A DNA stretch of 29,863 nt, from positions 1 through 29,863 of the forward strand of contig JARIHJ010000053.1 of the NCBI GenBank assembly GCA_029288335.1. Reading direction: 5' to 3'. Position 1 is the first letter of the stretch. Each line of letters begins with the position of its first letter. This DNA comes from Candidatus Saccharimonadota bacterium. Its GTDB lineage: Bacteria > Patescibacteriota > Saccharimonadia > Saccharimonadales > UBA4665. Shown in pieces: positions 28,804-29,863 of this stretch. Both the position numbers and the translations under genes were made by a program. The notes beneath the pieces are model-generated. The model had not been told where the DNA came from, did no database searches, and was given only the letters and a program-made list of their open reading frames with translations.

Positions 28804-29863
28804 GTCTGAATGACGGTTGCTTTTATGCAACAAACTAAGTGGTTCTCTAGGTGTGAGAGCCACTTTTTTATTGGTCAAAGTCCAGTTCGAGCCTAAGTAC
28901 AGCATGAGGTGTCGCTTGTCAGCGTCATCAGCCTCGGCAAAAACATCACCAACGTTAGTAACACCATTAAACAGTTCAGTTGCCAGTTCTAGCCACAGTT
29001 CGGCGTCTTTGCTTGAACCATTAAGGAGTTTTGTAGTTCTAGCTATGGTCTGCTCATGCTGTTTACTACGAGCCATATAGCGTTCGTCTGTCATTACGCC
29101 CGCTTCTAGCTTAGTGTCCAGCACGTCAAGGGCTTTTTGGGCCTTACTCTTGTCATGCTCCCAGACGCTAATATAGCGGTTCTGCTGGCTCTGGTAGTCG
29201 TTAAACAAATTGTGCAGCATGGCCTTACACTTAGAGGCCATTACTTCGTCAATCTCAAAGTTAGACACTTCCGCCTTAACCTCGGCTGCTAACTTATCTT
29301 CCGCAAGCTGCGGTTCTTCACATACCTTAGTTTTACTTTTCTTGGTGCAAGTGTAAAACACATACTCGGCCTCACGCCCACTAGCAAGTGTCTTTGGCTT
29401 GGTGTAGGCCGTTACGTTGAACCCACAGCCACCACACATAAGCGGGCCTTTATAGGTATAAGTCCTTCCACTGGTTGAGTTAGCGATATGACGCTTGCCA
29501 GCCCAGCCCATTGCTTGCTGTACTTTGTTAAACAGGTCAATATCTATGAGCGGTTCGTATGACCCTTCTATCCACTCTGTGCCACCACGCTTGAACCAGC
29601 CAGTGTAATCTCGCCGTTTCAAAGCACCCTCTAGGGTACTCTTTGCAATCAGTTTAAGTTTGGTGTCGTCTTTGGGTGCTTTTATGCCAATGTCCTGGGC
29701 ATAACGCCACACGTCATCTAGCGTGTACATGCCTGTTGAGGCGTACACAAAAACATCACGTAGCTTTTTGCCCTCATCATTTGGCGCAATGTTACGAACA
29801 CCTGGGCGAATGATAATGTTGTCATATCCAAGAAATGCTGGGCCTGGGTATTCACCATGTAGG
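28762..29863 (-). CDS. Large serine recombinase (integrase), 3' part; start lies beyond the window
   Basis: The frame stays open to the window end (LHGEYPGPAFLGYDN...). Recombinase domain (YTGWF...YEPLIDIDLFNKVQ), zinc ribbon (CGGCG...YTC...C) and coiled coil are present; the catalytic N-domain is outside the window. Confidence 0.88.
   Translation of the reverse strand, partial: LHGEYPGPAFLGYDNIIIRPGVRNIAPNDEGKKLRDVFVYASTGMYTLDDVWRYAQDIGIKAPKDDTKLKLIAKSTLEGALKRRDYTGWFKRGGTEWIEGSYEPLIDIDLFNKVQQAMGWAGKRHIANSTSGRTYTYKGPLMCGGCGFNVTAYTKPKTLASGREAEYVFYTCTKKSKTKVCEEPQLAEDKLAAEVKAEVSNFEIDEVMASKCKAMLHNLFNDYQSQQNRYISVWEHDKSKAQKALDVLDTKLEAGVMTDERYMARSKQHEQTIARTTKLLNGSSKDAELWLELATELFNGVTNVGDVFAEADDADKRHLMLYLGSNWTLTNKKVALTPREPLSLLHKSNRHSDWRARPDSNRRSSP
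28804..29863. mobile_element. Left end of an integrated element (prophage or island) at tRNA-Asp
   Basis: The integrase gene abuts and overlaps the tRNA 3' half, the classic arrangement at an attachment site. The other end is not visible. Confidence 0.65.
28837..28869 (+). terminator. Intrinsic terminator downstream of tRNA-Asp
   Basis: AGTGGTTCTC / GAGAGCCACT stem (one G-U pair), 7-nt loop, followed by a T run. Confidence 0.65.

Overview
A 29.9-kb chromosomal window that most resembles Candidatus Saccharibacteria (Patescibacteria/CPR). This is inferred from protein styles, a type IV pilus locus with no secretin, and TGA used as stop (code 11). From left to right it holds: three secreted or membrane-anchored surface-protein genes; a tightly coupled minus-strand operon for a highly divergent F-type ATPase (c-like fusion, b-like, delta, alpha, gamma, beta, epsilon) with no subunit a; a divergently transcribed type IV pilus region (two accessory genes, pilM/N/O, a small membrane protein, pilB, pilT, pilC, pilA, pilD, four minor pilins); a Xer-type recombinase, ndk, a PH-domain membrane protein and a PrsA/SurA-like foldase; four tRNAs; and the left edge of an element integrated at tRNA-Asp that carries a large serine recombinase. 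The main candidate novelty is the F-type operon. In the atpE position is a secreted-domain protein ending in a c-subunit-like hairpin with the RNP loop but no ion-binding carboxylate, and atpB is absent. This suggests an ATP-driven rotary surface machine rather than an ATP synthase (inference, untested).
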